From assembly GCF_000012925.1 (NCBI RefSeq), contig NC_007517.1, forward strand, positions 870,001-902,000: a stretch of DNA of 32,000 nucleotides. Direction: 5' to 3'. Shown in pieces: positions 8,243 through 16,499 of this stretch. Below the pieces are notes generated by a model, which saw nothing but the letters and a program-made list of their open reading frames with translations, had not been told where the DNA came from and made no database searches. Both the position numbers and the translations under genes were made by a program. Position 1 is the first letter of the stretch, and every line of letters begins with the position of its first letter. The DNA comes from Geobacter metallireducens GS-15 (GTDB lineage Bacteria > Desulfobacterota > Desulfuromonadia > Geobacterales > Geobacteraceae).

Positions 8243-8863
8243 TTACCGTTCCGCCAGGGCCAGCCTTACCCCCAGGGACAGGAAAACCCCCGCGGTCAAC
8301 CAGTCAAAATACCGTGCGATCCGGGGGCGGGCTAGGATGAAGCTGCCGATGCTCCCGGCGAAGTAGCCGAGCAGGCAGAAGATTACCACGGACTGCACCA
8401 TGAATATGAGTCCCAAGAGCAGCATCTGGAGGGGGACGCGGCCGGCGGCGGGGGCCACGAACTGGGGGAGGAACGCCAGGAAGAACATGGCCACCTTGGG
8501 GTTGAGCACGTTCATGATGAATCCCCGCCGGAACAGGGCCGCCGCGGGGAGGTCGTCGGCCGCCGAGAGCCTGATGGCGGACCGTTCCTTCAGGGTTTTG
8601 AAGGCCAGGTAGAGGAGGTATGCCGCGCCGGCGGACTTCACCACCGTGAAGGCAATGGCCGAGGAATAGAACACCGCCGAGATCCCGAAGGCCGCGGCCG
8701 TGGTGTGGACGGTGACGCCGCTGCACATGCCGAGGGCCGTGACGATGGCCGGCTTCCTCCCCCGGGCGACCCCCTGGGTCATGACGAAGATGTTGTCAGG
8801 GCCGGGGGCCACGGTCAGGGCGATGGAGGCGCCGAGGAAACAGAGCAGGGTATAGAGGGTCAT
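8243..8863 (-). CDS. LysE/RhtB family amino-acid exporter
   Basis: Start MTLYTLLCFLGASIALTVAPGPDN matches the family N-terminus. The length of 206 aa and multiple TM segments fit. The 5' extension to 9061 in the track contains a terminator hairpin and is not coding. Confidence 0.88.
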   Translation of the reverse strand: MTLYTLLCFLGASIALTVAPGPDNIFVMTQGVARGRKPAIVTALGMCSGVTVHTTAAAFGISAVFYSSAIAFTVVKSAGAAYLLYLAFKTLKERSAIRLSAADDLPAAALFRRGFIMNVLNPKVAMFFLAFLPQFVAPAAGRVPLQMLLLGLIFMVQSVVIFCLLGYFAGSIGSFILARPRIARYFDWLTAGVFLSLGVRLALAER

Positions 8864-9003
8864 GGGGGGGCCCTTCCGCGGAAGACAGTCGGAGCGCGCT
8901 GTTAAAGTGCTTGTTTCCGAATCGTGTCGCGGCACAAAGCTATTGAGGGTTCCCCCTCCTTGTCTGGCTGTTATAGCCGACCGTACCCTTCTGTGCAAGA
9001 TTA

Positions 9004-9034
9004 GAAAAAAAGCCCTGGTCGCATAAACCAGAGC
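9004..9034 (-). terminator. Rho-independent terminator after the chemoreceptor gene
   Basis: Minus strand reads GCTCTGG-tttatgcga-CCAGGGC followed by TTTTTTTC: a 7-bp stem with one G-U pair. Confidence 0.55.
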
Positions 9035-9100
9035 CCCAATAGTATTCACCAATTTTTCCATGCCATCACAAGGGGATGTGCATAACTCTTAAACGGAATC

Positions 9101-10267
9101 TCACAGTCTGAAATGCCCCACCAGGCCCTGAAGTTCGTCAGCCTGTCTTGAAAGCGTGGCCGCCGCGGTGGCTGTTTCCGTGGCACCCCGGGCGGTCTGC
9201 TGGACCACCGCGGTGATCTGCTGGATGTTGGATGATATTTCCCCGGTCGTGGCGGTCTGTTGCTCTGCGGCGGTGGCGATCTGGTTGATCTGCATGGTGA
9301 CGTCGTTGATCTGTTGGAGTATCTGTTCCAGAGACTGGCCGGACTTATCCGAGTATTCGGCCCCCCTCTCGACCTCTGCCACTCCTTCGTCGATTGCTGA
9401 AACAGCTCCCTTTGTTTCATTCTGAATGGTCTTAATCATTTCACCAATTTCGCGGGTGGCGCGAGTGGTGCGCTCCGCGAGGGCACGGACTTCGTCTGCC
9501 ACAACAGCGAACCCTCGGCCCTGCTCCCCCGCTCGGGCGGCTTCGATGGCCGCGTTGAGCGCCAGCAGGTTTGTCTGATCGGCGATGTCCTGGATTGTCC
9601 CAATGATCTGTCCGATCTGATCGGACCGGGAGCCCAACTCTTCGACGGTCTTTGCCGCGTCTCTAACCCGGCTGGCGATGCGCTCCATGCAATCCGTGGC
9701 CTGGCGGACAACTTCGGCTCCCGATCGGGCGGTGTTGACAGCGCGGGTGGAGTTTTCCGCTGCTCTCATGCAATTGTTAGCGATGTCGCCTGAAGTGGCT
9801 GCCATCTCTTCACTAGCTACGGCCACTGTGTTGGTCTGGGAGGCGGCATTGTCCGTCCCGGCGGCAATCTGGTCGGCGTTGGACTGGAGTTGCCGCGAGG
9901 CCATGGCAACCTCTTCCGACGTCTGCGATATCTGGGAGACGATTTCGCGGATGGTTGCCTGAAGGCTGGCGATGGAACGGATGATACTGCTGATCTCGTT
10001 GTTGCGCTTGGGCGCAATAGTTTGCATCAGGTCTCCCCCGGTCAATGTGGCCAGGTAGCCCTGGATGCGCTTGAGCGCATCGTTGACCGTACGGAAAAGG
10101 AGGGAGCTGAATAAGGCCCCGAGCAGCACAAAAACGGTTGTGGATGCGATTGCCTCTGCCGTCGATAACGAGCGCCCAGCTATGACTGCAAGGATGATGC
10201 AGGTGCTGTAGCAGATGCAAAGCAGCACGATCCGTGTTCGGATATTCAGGTGAAGATAAAGGTTCAA
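9101..10267 (-). CDS. Methyl-accepting chemotaxis protein (2 TM, minimal periplasmic loop, HAMP, MA domain); native 5' end displaced by an IS insertion
   Basis: Highly conserved signalling hairpin [40 protein letters not shown]. The present ORF begins with a TTG at 10267 inside the IS target duplication. The native ATG and SD lie at 11613-11625. Confidence 0.9.
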   Translation of the reverse strand: MNLYLHLNIRTRIVLLCICYSTCIILAVIAGRSLSTAEAIASTTVFVLLGALFSSLLFRTVNDALKRIQGYLATLTGGDLMQTIAPKRNNEISSIIRSIASLQATIREIVSQISQTSEEVAMASRQLQSNADQIAAGTDNAASQTNTVAVASEEMAATSGDIANNCMRAAENSTRAVNTARSGAEVVRQATDCMERIASRVRDAAKTVEELGSRSDQIGQIIGTIQDIADQTNLLALNAAIEAARAGEQGRGFAVVADEVRALAERTTRATREIGEMIKTIQNETKGAVSAIDEGVAEVERGAEYSDKSGQSLEQILQQINDVTMQINQIATAAEQQTATTGEISSNIQQITAVVQQTARGATETATAAATLSRQADELQGLVGHFRL

Positions 10268-10273
10268 AAAAAA
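10266..10273. repeat. 8-bp target-site duplication (left copy), AAAAAAAA
   Basis: Identical octamer abuts the outer end of each IR (10266-10273 and 11600-11607). Confidence 0.8.
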
Positions 10274-11599
10274 GGTTCATCCGGGAATTCCGGGGAAAGC
10301 GGCTCTGATCTTGAGAAAGAAGTATTCGTGATCCCGGAAGCCGTAGGCCATTCTTTTGATCACCTTGATCTTGTTATTGATGCCTTCGAGGATTCCGGTG
10401 TGAAGGGGCCAGAGGCAGTGGTTGAGGATTCCTTGGAGATAGCCCTTTAGCCGGCGGGCAAACAGGATGAGTGGCGGTATTCCACTCTCCATCGCCCTTT
10501 GGTGCCACTGCTCCCAGAATAGTCCCGCCTCTTCAATGCAGGTAAACTTCCACAGTTGCTTCAGATCGTCTTTGAGCAGGTAGACCGTAAGGAGGCTGCG
10601 GTTTGCCTCCAACAGTTCCTGGAGGCGAAGCATGTCGTCGCCCTTGACGTTCTCGCTGTTTCGTAGCAGCAACCACCGCGATGTTTTGACTACCTTCCGT
10701 GCCTTCTTGTCTTCCTTCAGGCGGTTTGCCTCATCGACTCGCACCCTGTCGATCACTTCCCTGCCATACTTCGCCACCACATGGAACAGGTCGTAGACTA
10801 TGTCTGCCTGGGGCGAGTGCTGCTTGATTTCCTCCTCATATGATGCGTTCATATCCATCACGACCGCTTTGAGCCGTTTACAGCCATGTGGGCCAAGCTG
10901 CGTGAAGAAAGGACGGATACTCTCGCGACTCCTGCCTTTGCCGATCCATAAGACTTCCTTACGGTATGGCTCGATGATAACCGTCGCATAGCGGTGCCCC
11001 TTGTGAAGGGCGAACTCATCCATCCCGAGAACTTCGATGTTTGAGAGGTCGACGGTGCCGACCCGCTCTGTGAGTGAGCGCTTGTCGATTTCCTTCACCT
11101 GGTCCCAAGAAAGCCCCAGATACTGCGCCACGTGCTTCACAGACACGACACCACACAGTCGCGCTACGCTCTCTGCAAGCCTGCGCGTCACGCGGGCGTA
11201 TTTCGCCAGCCATGACAGACGCTCCAGCGTTGGCCCACACTGAGGGCACAGCAGCCTGCGGCGGTGAACGATCAGATAAGTCTGAGCATCGAGAATCGGC
11301 AAATCTCGAATTACGCGCTTGGTCGTTTCATGGACGCTTGTGCAACGCCCGCCGCACGAGCCACACACCATCTCATCCTGGGACAGGGCAATCAGTTCTA
11401 CCTCGATCCGTTTGGCATCACCTGTGACGATAGTGCGTGTCCCAGCAACACGATATCCTTCCCACCCTCCCGCAATTGCGATAACATCGGAATACGACAA
11501 CGGCAGCCTCCTGCGATCTTTTTTGGTTGGGGAACCATCAAGATACCGCAGTGCTGCCGTTGTTGTTTATTAATCTTCCCCGGAATTCCCTGAAGAACC
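10274..11599 (-). mobile_element. Complete ISL3-family insertion sequence (1326 bp)
   Basis: Single transposase ORF. Terminal IRs are 10274-10299 and 11574-11599 (22 of the first 24 nt match). There is an 8-bp direct repeat, and the transposase stop lies inside the IR, as is common in ISL3 elements. Confidence 0.9.
10277..11500 (-). CDS. ISL3 family transposase
   Basis: 407 aa. N-terminal zinc-finger region CGSCGG...CPQCG, and catalytic-core-like blocks LGMDEFALHKGHRYATVI, VVMDMNASY, DLFHVVAKY, SRWLLL and INNKIKVIKRMAYGFRD. TTG start with SD AGGAGG and a 6-nt spacer. Confidence 0.93.
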   Translation of the reverse strand: MSYSDVIAIAGGWEGYRVAGTRTIVTGDAKRIEVELIALSQDEMVCGSCGGRCTSVHETTKRVIRDLPILDAQTYLIVHRRRLLCPQCGPTLERLSWLAKYARVTRRLAESVARLCGVVSVKHVAQYLGLSWDQVKEIDKRSLTERVGTVDLSNIEVLGMDEFALHKGHRYATVIIEPYRKEVLWIGKGRSRESIRPFFTQLGPHGCKRLKAVVMDMNASYEEEIKQHSPQADIVYDLFHVVAKYGREVIDRVRVDEANRLKEDKKARKVVKTSRWLLLRNSENVKGDDMLRLQELLEANRSLLTVYLLKDDLKQLWKFTCIEEAGLFWEQWHQRAMESGIPPLILFARRLKGYLQGILNHCLWPLHTGILEGINNKIKVIKRMAYGFRDHEYFFLKIRAAFPGIPG

Positions 11600-11607
11600 A
11601 AAAAAAA
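11600..11607. repeat. 8-bp target-site duplication (right copy), AAAAAAAA
   Basis: See the left copy. Confidence 0.8.
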
Positions 11608-11658
11608 GCCCATGACTTTCTCCTGATAGTTCTTGATCAATATGGTTGTCATTGGTAC

Positions 11659-11685
11659 TTATCGGCAGGTTGCTTCGCCGCTGTA
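11659..11685 (-). promoter_or_regulatory. Sigma28 (FliA)-type promoter, native promoter of the interrupted chemoreceptor gene
   Basis: On the minus strand, GCCGATAA (11666-11659) matches the enterobacterial sigma28 -10 consensus exactly. TACA lies 15 nt upstream (3 of 4 against TAAA). The site is about 45 nt upstream of the stranded ATG at 11613. Confidence 0.45.
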
Positions 11686-11800
11686 GTAAAAAGTGTTGGT
11701 TGGGGCGGCATTGAGTGGGAATGGCGCGGCGGAAGCAGCTTGACATCTATGGTGGGCTGATCCCAATATGGCCCCCATAATAAATCAGAAAGGATGCGCC

Positions 11801-12142
11801 ATGAGCGATATGCCAAAATGTCCACAATGCAGTTCAGAATACACGTACGAAGACGGAACCATGTATGTCTGTCCGGAATGCGCCCATGAATGGGGGAAGG
11901 AAACGGCAGCGGAGAGCGGGGACGGGAGTCGCGTGGTGCGTGACGCCCATGGCAATGTTCTCAGTGACGGTGACACGGTTACGGTGATCAAGGACTTGAA
12001 GATCAAGGGCTCGTCGTCGGTGATCAAGGTCGGAACCAAGGCCAGGAATATCCGTCTCGTCGAAGGAGACCATGACATCGACTGCAAGATCGACGGGATC
12101 GGTGCAATGCAGTTGAAATCGGAGTTCGTAAAGAAGGCGTAA
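11801..12142 (+). CDS. phnA: PhnA/YjdM zinc-ribbon protein
   Basis: N-terminal CPQC...CPEC zinc ribbon plus C-terminal block [58 protein letters not shown] lies before the ATG at 11801, giving 113 aa. Confidence 0.9.
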   Translation: MSDMPKCPQCSSEYTYEDGTMYVCPECAHEWGKETAAESGDGSRVVRDAHGNVLSDGDTVTVIKDLKIKGSSSVIKVGTKARNIRLVEGDHDIDCKIDGIGAMQLKSEFVKKA

Positions 12143-12240
12143 ATGACTGGTTCGCCTCCATTCAGGCCCGGGATGTAAACTGCACCCCTCCTTTTGCGTT
12201 ATACTGATTACATTTGGCATACCATTCAAGGAGGATAACC

Positions 12241-12900
12241 ATGAAAAGAATTCTCATTGCCGCTGCAGCCATCGCCATCTGGGGGATGCCCGCCATGAGC
12301 CAGGCAACGCCTGCCCGGCCCGGGGGGTATTTTTCCGGTTTCCTCGGGGTGAGCATCCCCCGGGACGCCGACGTTGCCGGCACCGATTCCGGTACATCCT
12401 TCAACGACCGGGTGGAGTTCGATCCCGGTATTGTCGTGGGTGGCACCGCTGGGTATGATTACGGCTTTCTCCGCCTGGAGGGGGAGCTTTCCTACCGGCA
12501 TTCTGAGATCAAGTCCGTCACTGCTTCGGACGGGTACCGCTTCCACGGCGTGGATGGTGATCTCGGTGCCCTGGCGGTCATGGCCAACGCCTTTGTCGAT
12601 ATGCACAACCAGAGCCCCATTACCCCCTACGTGGGAGGAGGCGTCGGCTTCGCCGTGCTCAATCTGGGTAATACCACCAGTACTGAATTGGACCCCCTCT
12701 ATGAGAAGGGGGATGACACCGTTTTCGCCTACCAGGCGGGAGCCGGGGTGGAGATAGCCCTCAACCCGATCATGTCCCTTGACCTGGGATATCGCTATTT
12801 CGGCACTTCAAAGGCCACCTTCGACGAAGGTGTGGTGACGGCGACCAAGTTCAGGTTCGAGAGCCACAATGCGCTGATGGGGCTCAGGGTCAAGTTCTAG
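12241..12900 (+). CDS. Outer-membrane beta-barrel protein (OmpA-like beta-barrel / OMP_b-brl family)
   Basis: SD AAGGAGG. Signal peptide MKRILIAAAAIAIWGMPAMSQA. Alternating beta-strand pattern, with a C-terminal aromatic residue (LRVKF). Confidence 0.85.
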   Translation: MKRILIAAAAIAIWGMPAMSQATPARPGGYFSGFLGVSIPRDADVAGTDSGTSFNDRVEFDPGIVVGGTAGYDYGFLRLEGELSYRHSEIKSVTASDGYRFHGVDGDLGALAVMANAFVDMHNQSPITPYVGGGVGFAVLNLGNTTSTELDPLYEKGDDTVFAYQAGAGVEIALNPIMSLDLGYRYFGTSKATFDEGVVTATKFRFESHNALMGLRVKF

Positions 12901-12918
12901 ATTTATTCGGTAGCGCCC

Positions 12919-12954
12919 GGAAAAGCCCGCCATGTGCGGGCTTTTCCGTTTGTG
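12919..12954 (+). terminator. Rho-independent terminator
   Basis: GGAAAAGCCCGC-catgt-GCGGGCTTTTCC, a perfect 12-bp stem, followed by GTTTGTG. Confidence 0.85.
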
Positions 12955-12995
12955 ATAGGAACAACCATTCACTCTAAATTCCCTCCTTGACTTTG

Positions 12996-13012
12996 TAGAC
13001 GACCGGTCTAAT
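12996..13012. promoter_or_regulatory. TetR operator copy 1 (TAGACGACCGGTCTAAT), overlapping a TTGACT -35 candidate at 12987-12992
   Basis: TAGAC-N5-GTCTA inverted repeat. The same 17-mer recurs with one mismatch at 13631-13647. Confidence 0.6.
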
Positions 13013-13013
13013 A

Positions 13014-13613
13014 ATGATCCCCATGGATAAGAACGAAACGAGAGCAACCATCATCCGCATCGGCACCGACCTCATCGGCCGTCAGGGGTTCAACGCCACC
13101 GGCATTGATGCGGTGCTGAGGGAGGCTGGTGTACCCAAGGGCTCATTCTACTACTATTTCAGGAGCAAGGAGGAGTTCGGCCTGGCGGTGATTGACCACT
13201 TTGCCGAGCGCTACGACCAGCGGCTCGACACCTTCCTGAACGACGATGAGGTGACACCGCTGAATCGGCTCCGTAATCTGCTGGAGAGCGGCCTGGCGCG
13301 CCTGGAGCAGAACCAGTGCGCCAAGGGATGCCTCATCGGCAACCTGGGGCAGGAGCTGGCCGACCAGAACGAACGCTTCCGGGCGAGGCTCGAAGAGGTG
13401 TTTACCTCGTGGAAGAAGCGCTACGCCGCCTGCCTGCGGGAGGCCCAGCGTGCAGGGGAACTGGCACCGGAGCTTGACCCGTCCGTGGTGGCGGGATTCA
13501 TTCTCTCCGGCTGGGAAGGGGCTGTCCTCCGGGCCAAGGTGATGAAGTCGCCCCAGCCCCTGCGGGATTTCATCGCCACGCTTTTTGCAACGGTGCTGCG
13601 CGAGCAGGTGTGA
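13014..13613 (+). CDS. TetR/AcrR family transcriptional regulator
   Basis: N-terminal HTH GFNATGIDAVLREAGVPKGSFYYYFRSKEE. The true start may be the second ATG at 13023 (MDKNETR). Confidence 0.9.
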   Translation: MIPMDKNETRATIIRIGTDLIGRQGFNATGIDAVLREAGVPKGSFYYYFRSKEEFGLAVIDHFAERYDQRLDTFLNDDEVTPLNRLRNLLESGLARLEQNQCAKGCLIGNLGQELADQNERFRARLEEVFTSWKKRYAACLREAQRAGELAPELDPSVVAGFILSGWEGAVLRAKVMKSPQPLRDFIATLFATVLREQV

Positions 13614-13630
13614 AAATTTTTTTCGGCAAC

Positions 13631-13647
13631 TAGACGACTGGTCTAAT
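13631..13647. promoter_or_regulatory. TetR operator copy 2 (TAGACGACTGGTCTAAT) upstream of the oxidoreductase operon
   Basis: 16 of 17 nt identical to copy 1. Ends 20 nt upstream of the ATG at 13667. Confidence 0.6.
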
Positions 13648-13666
13648 TTGAGAAGGGGAGGGGAGC

Positions 13667-14671
13667 ATGGGAAACTCGGTATTCAAGGCGCTGGTGGTGG
13701 AGAAGACCCCCGAGAAGCAGTTCGTGCGGGAGATCCGCGAGCGGAGCATCGACGACCTGCCGGCCGGCGACCTGGTGGTGCGGGTCCACTACTCCTCCCT
13801 CAACTACAAGGATGCCCTCTCGGCCACGGGGCACCCCGGGGTGACGCGGCAGTTCCCTCACACTCCCGGCATCGACGCGGCGGGTGAGGTGGTCTCCTGC
13901 GAAAGCGGTGCCTTCGCCCCGGGCGACAAGGTTGTTGTCACCGGCCACGACCTGGGGATGGAAACCGACGGCGGCTGGGGGCAATACATCCGCATCCCGT
14001 CGGAGTGGGCGGTGCGGTTGCCCGAGGGGTTGACGCTGCGCGAAGCCATGGCCCTCGGCACCGCCGGTTTCACGGCGGCCCTGTCGGTGCTGAAGCTGGA
14101 GCGGGCCGGGGTGAGGCCCGATGACGGCGATATCCTCGTGACCGGCGCCACCGGCGGGGTGGGGAGCATCGCGGTTTCCATCCTCTCCCGGGCGGGCTAC
14201 CGGGTGACGGCAGCCACCGGCAAGGAGTTCGACGAGGATTTTCTCAAGGGGCTCGGCGCGACAGCCGTGATCGGCCGTGACGACGTGACGGCCGGCGCGG
14301 AGAAGGCACTCCTGGCCGAGCGCTGGGCCGGCGCGGTCGATGTGGTCGGCGGCCAGACCCTGGCTGCGGTCCTGAAGAGCACGAAGTACGGCGGTACGGT
14401 CACCTGCTGCGGTCTCGTGGGGTCGCCGGAACTGCCGATGAACGTCTACCCGTTCATCCTGCGGGGGGTGAGCCTTCTGGGGATCGATTCGGTCCAGTGC
14501 CCCCGGGGGCTTCGCGAGGAGGTCTGGCAGCGGCTTGCGACCGCTTGGAAGCCCTCCCGGCTTGGCGAGATGGTGACGGAGTGCACCCTGGCGGGGCTGG
14601 AGGTGATGACCCAGGCGATTCTCCATGGGGGGATCACGGGGCGTGTCGTGGTTAACCTGCAGGAGAGCTGA
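13667..14671 (+). CDS. YhdH/YhfP (AcuI)-type MDR-family NADPH:quinone/acrylyl-CoA oxidoreductase
   Basis: VRVHYSSLNYKDALS, HTPGIDAAGEVV, nucleotide-binding VTGATGGVGSIAV and C-terminal GRVVV. SD GAAGGGGAGGGGA. Confidence 0.88.
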   Translation: MGNSVFKALVVEKTPEKQFVREIRERSIDDLPAGDLVVRVHYSSLNYKDALSATGHPGVTRQFPHTPGIDAAGEVVSCESGAFAPGDKVVVTGHDLGMETDGGWGQYIRIPSEWAVRLPEGLTLREAMALGTAGFTAALSVLKLERAGVRPDDGDILVTGATGGVGSIAVSILSRAGYRVTAATGKEFDEDFLKGLGATAVIGRDDVTAGAEKALLAERWAGAVDVVGGQTLAAVLKSTKYGGTVTCCGLVGSPELPMNVYPFILRGVSLLGIDSVQCPRGLREEVWQRLATAWKPSRLGEMVTECTLAGLEVMTQAILHGGITGRVVVNLQES

Positions 14672-14698
14672 AAATCTGATTCACGAGAGGAGAATACC

Positions 14699-15265
14699 AT
14701 GAAACAATCCCTGGGGGCCAAGACCCTCCTTTTTCCGGCTCCTGTCCTGATGGTCGGCACCTATGACCACGAGGGGAAGCCAAATCTGATGAATGCCGCT
14801 TGGGGCGGAATCTGTTGTTCCCAGCCCCCGTGCGTTGCGGTATCCTTGCGCAAGGCGACCTATTCCTACGCCTCGATCGTGGAGCGCAAGGCCTTCACTA
14901 TTGGAACTCCGTCGGAAGCCGCCATGAAGGCGGCCGATTACGTCGGCATTGTCTCGGGGCGCGACACGGATAAGTTTGCCGCTACTGGACTTACGCCGGT
15001 AAAAAGTGAACTTGTGGACGCCCCCTACGCGGCGGAGTTCCCCTTCGCCCTTGAGTGCCGGCTGCTTCACACCCTGGAAATCGGCCTTCACACCCTGTTC
15101 GTCGGCGAAATCGTGGACGTTAAGGCAGACGCCGAAGTGCTCGGCGACGACGGCCTCCCCGACATCCTGAAGCTCAAGCCCCTCGTTTTCGACACCAGCC
15201 ATCGGGGTTACCACGGTGTTGGTCCGCTGCTGGGCAAGGCGCTTGCCGTGGGGAAAAAGCTATGA
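14699..15265 (+). CDS. Flavin reductase-like (FMN-binding split-barrel, flavoredoxin-type) protein
   Basis: [25 protein letters not shown] and ...[11 protein letters not shown] are typical of flavin reductase domain proteins. Confidence 0.8.
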   Translation: MKQSLGAKTLLFPAPVLMVGTYDHEGKPNLMNAAWGGICCSQPPCVAVSLRKATYSYASIVERKAFTIGTPSEAAMKAADYVGIVSGRDTDKFAATGLTPVKSELVDAPYAAEFPFALECRLLHTLEIGLHTLFVGEIVDVKADAEVLGDDGLPDILKLKPLVFDTSHRGYHGVGPLLGKALAVGKKL

Positions 15266-15297
15266 ATTCGCCCAAGAGGCTGAAGGGGTAGGTGCCC

Positions 15298-16488
15298 ATG
15301 GAATCACGGGAACACCGGGCGGGAAAACTCCTGCTGCTCGCCTGCGTCATCAGCTTTGTCTGCTTCTTCGGCTCCTACATGAGGATACCGATCGTCCCCC
15401 TCTTTGCCACGTCGCTGGGGGCCGACACGGCGCAGGTGGGACTCATCAACAGCGCGTTCATGCTGATGGCGGGAGCGCTCTCCATCCCCTCGGGACTCGT
15501 CTCGGATCGACTGGGGCGGCGGATACCGCTCCTGGGAGGGCTGATCCTCCTGGCCGGCTCGTCGTTTCTCCTCTACTGGAGCAACACTCCCCTGCAAATG
15601 GGGGGGGTCTATCTCCTCTTCGGCATCGGGCTGTCGGCCTTCTCGCCGACCCTCATGTCGTACGTGGCCGACGTTACCCCGCCGGAGGTCCTGGGCCAGG
15701 CCTACGGCTGGTACACCATGGCTCTGTACGGCGGCATGACCCTCGGCCCCGCTGCCGGCGGTTTCCTCGGCACGGCGCTGGGGCTTCGGCCGGTCTTTCT
15801 CGTGGCGGGGGGGCTGATCCTCGCCATGTTCGTCGTGGCGCTCATCTTTCTCCCCGCGCCTTCCTCGGCCCAGCACCGCAGCGCAGTCCGTCCCGCCATC
15901 CTGCCGACCCTGGCAGGGCTCATGCACAACCGCCGGCTCGTCGCCTGCCTCGTGGCAACCCTCGGCACCTGCTTCGGTTTCGGCATGTTCGTCACCTTCA
16001 TGCCCCTCTATATCCGGAGCCAGGGGATGCACTCGGGGCACGTGGGGTTTGTCTTCGCGGCCCAGGCCCTGGCTAACGCCATTTCACGCCTCCCCTCGGG
16101 GAAACTGAGCGACCGGGTGGCTGACCGGAGTATCCTGGTAACTGGAGGGCTTGCCATTTTCGCCCTGGCGCTCGCCTCCTTCGGCCTCTGCCGGTCCGTG
16201 GTCCCGCTCATGGGGGCCGCGGCGGTCATGGGGATAAGCATGGGGGTAGCCTTCACCGCCGTCTGTGCGCTGATCGCCGATGTGGTGCCCCGGGAGCAGC
16301 GGGGGCTCGCCATGGGCTGCTACAATACCTGCGTTTATGTCGGGATGATGCTCTGCGCGGCCGGCATGGGGGCGTTCATCCGGGAGGAAGGCTTCAGGAT
16401 CGGTTTTTTCCTGAATGGCGTGGTCGGGGTGGCGACGTTACTGCTTTTCGTCACTCTCTACCGTCGGCCCGAGCCGGCAGCAGCATAA
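15298..16488 (+). CDS. MFS transporter
   Basis: About 12 predicted TM segments. MFS loop 2-3 motif GLVSDRLGRR, repeated in the second half as GKLSDRVADR. The ATG at 15298 is better spaced from SD GAAGGGG than the GTG at 15292. Confidence 0.88.
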   Translation: MESREHRAGKLLLLACVISFVCFFGSYMRIPIVPLFATSLGADTAQVGLINSAFMLMAGALSIPSGLVSDRLGRRIPLLGGLILLAGSSFLLYWSNTPLQMGGVYLLFGIGLSAFSPTLMSYVADVTPPEVLGQAYGWYTMALYGGMTLGPAAGGFLGTALGLRPVFLVAGGLILAMFVVALIFLPAPSSAQHRSAVRPAILPTLAGLMHNRRLVACLVATLGTCFGFGMFVTFMPLYIRSQGMHSGHVGFVFAAQALANAISRLPSGKLSDRVADRSILVTGGLAIFALALASFGLCRSVVPLMGAAAVMGISMGVAFTAVCALIADVVPREQRGLAMGCYNTCVYVGMMLCAAGMGAFIREEGFRIGFFLNGVVGVATLLLFVTLYRRPEPAAA

Positions 16489-16499
16489 AGGAGGTCGAG

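Noticed and set aside
8864-9061. N-terminal 66-aa extension of the LysE ORF (track start 9061)
   Set aside because: The extension contains the MCP terminator hairpin and T-tract. The family N-terminus and typical length fit the ATG at 8863.
9813-10280. 155-aa minus ORF starting at an ATG inside the left IR of the IS
   Set aside because: It is out of frame with the MCP, overlaps it completely, and has a P/R/H-rich translation. It is an artefact of the IS junction.
13643-14626. 327-aa minus ORF antisense to the quinone oxidoreductase. Similar long antisense ORFs occur at 5633..6526, 16512..17327, 18000..18941, 19994..20863, 21359..22228, 22671..23387, 24450..25616, 26024..26623, 27966..29018 and 29235..30902
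   Set aside because: Each overlaps a confidently identified gene on the other strand and has a biased G/R/P/H/E/L composition typical of reverse-frame translation of GC-rich genes.
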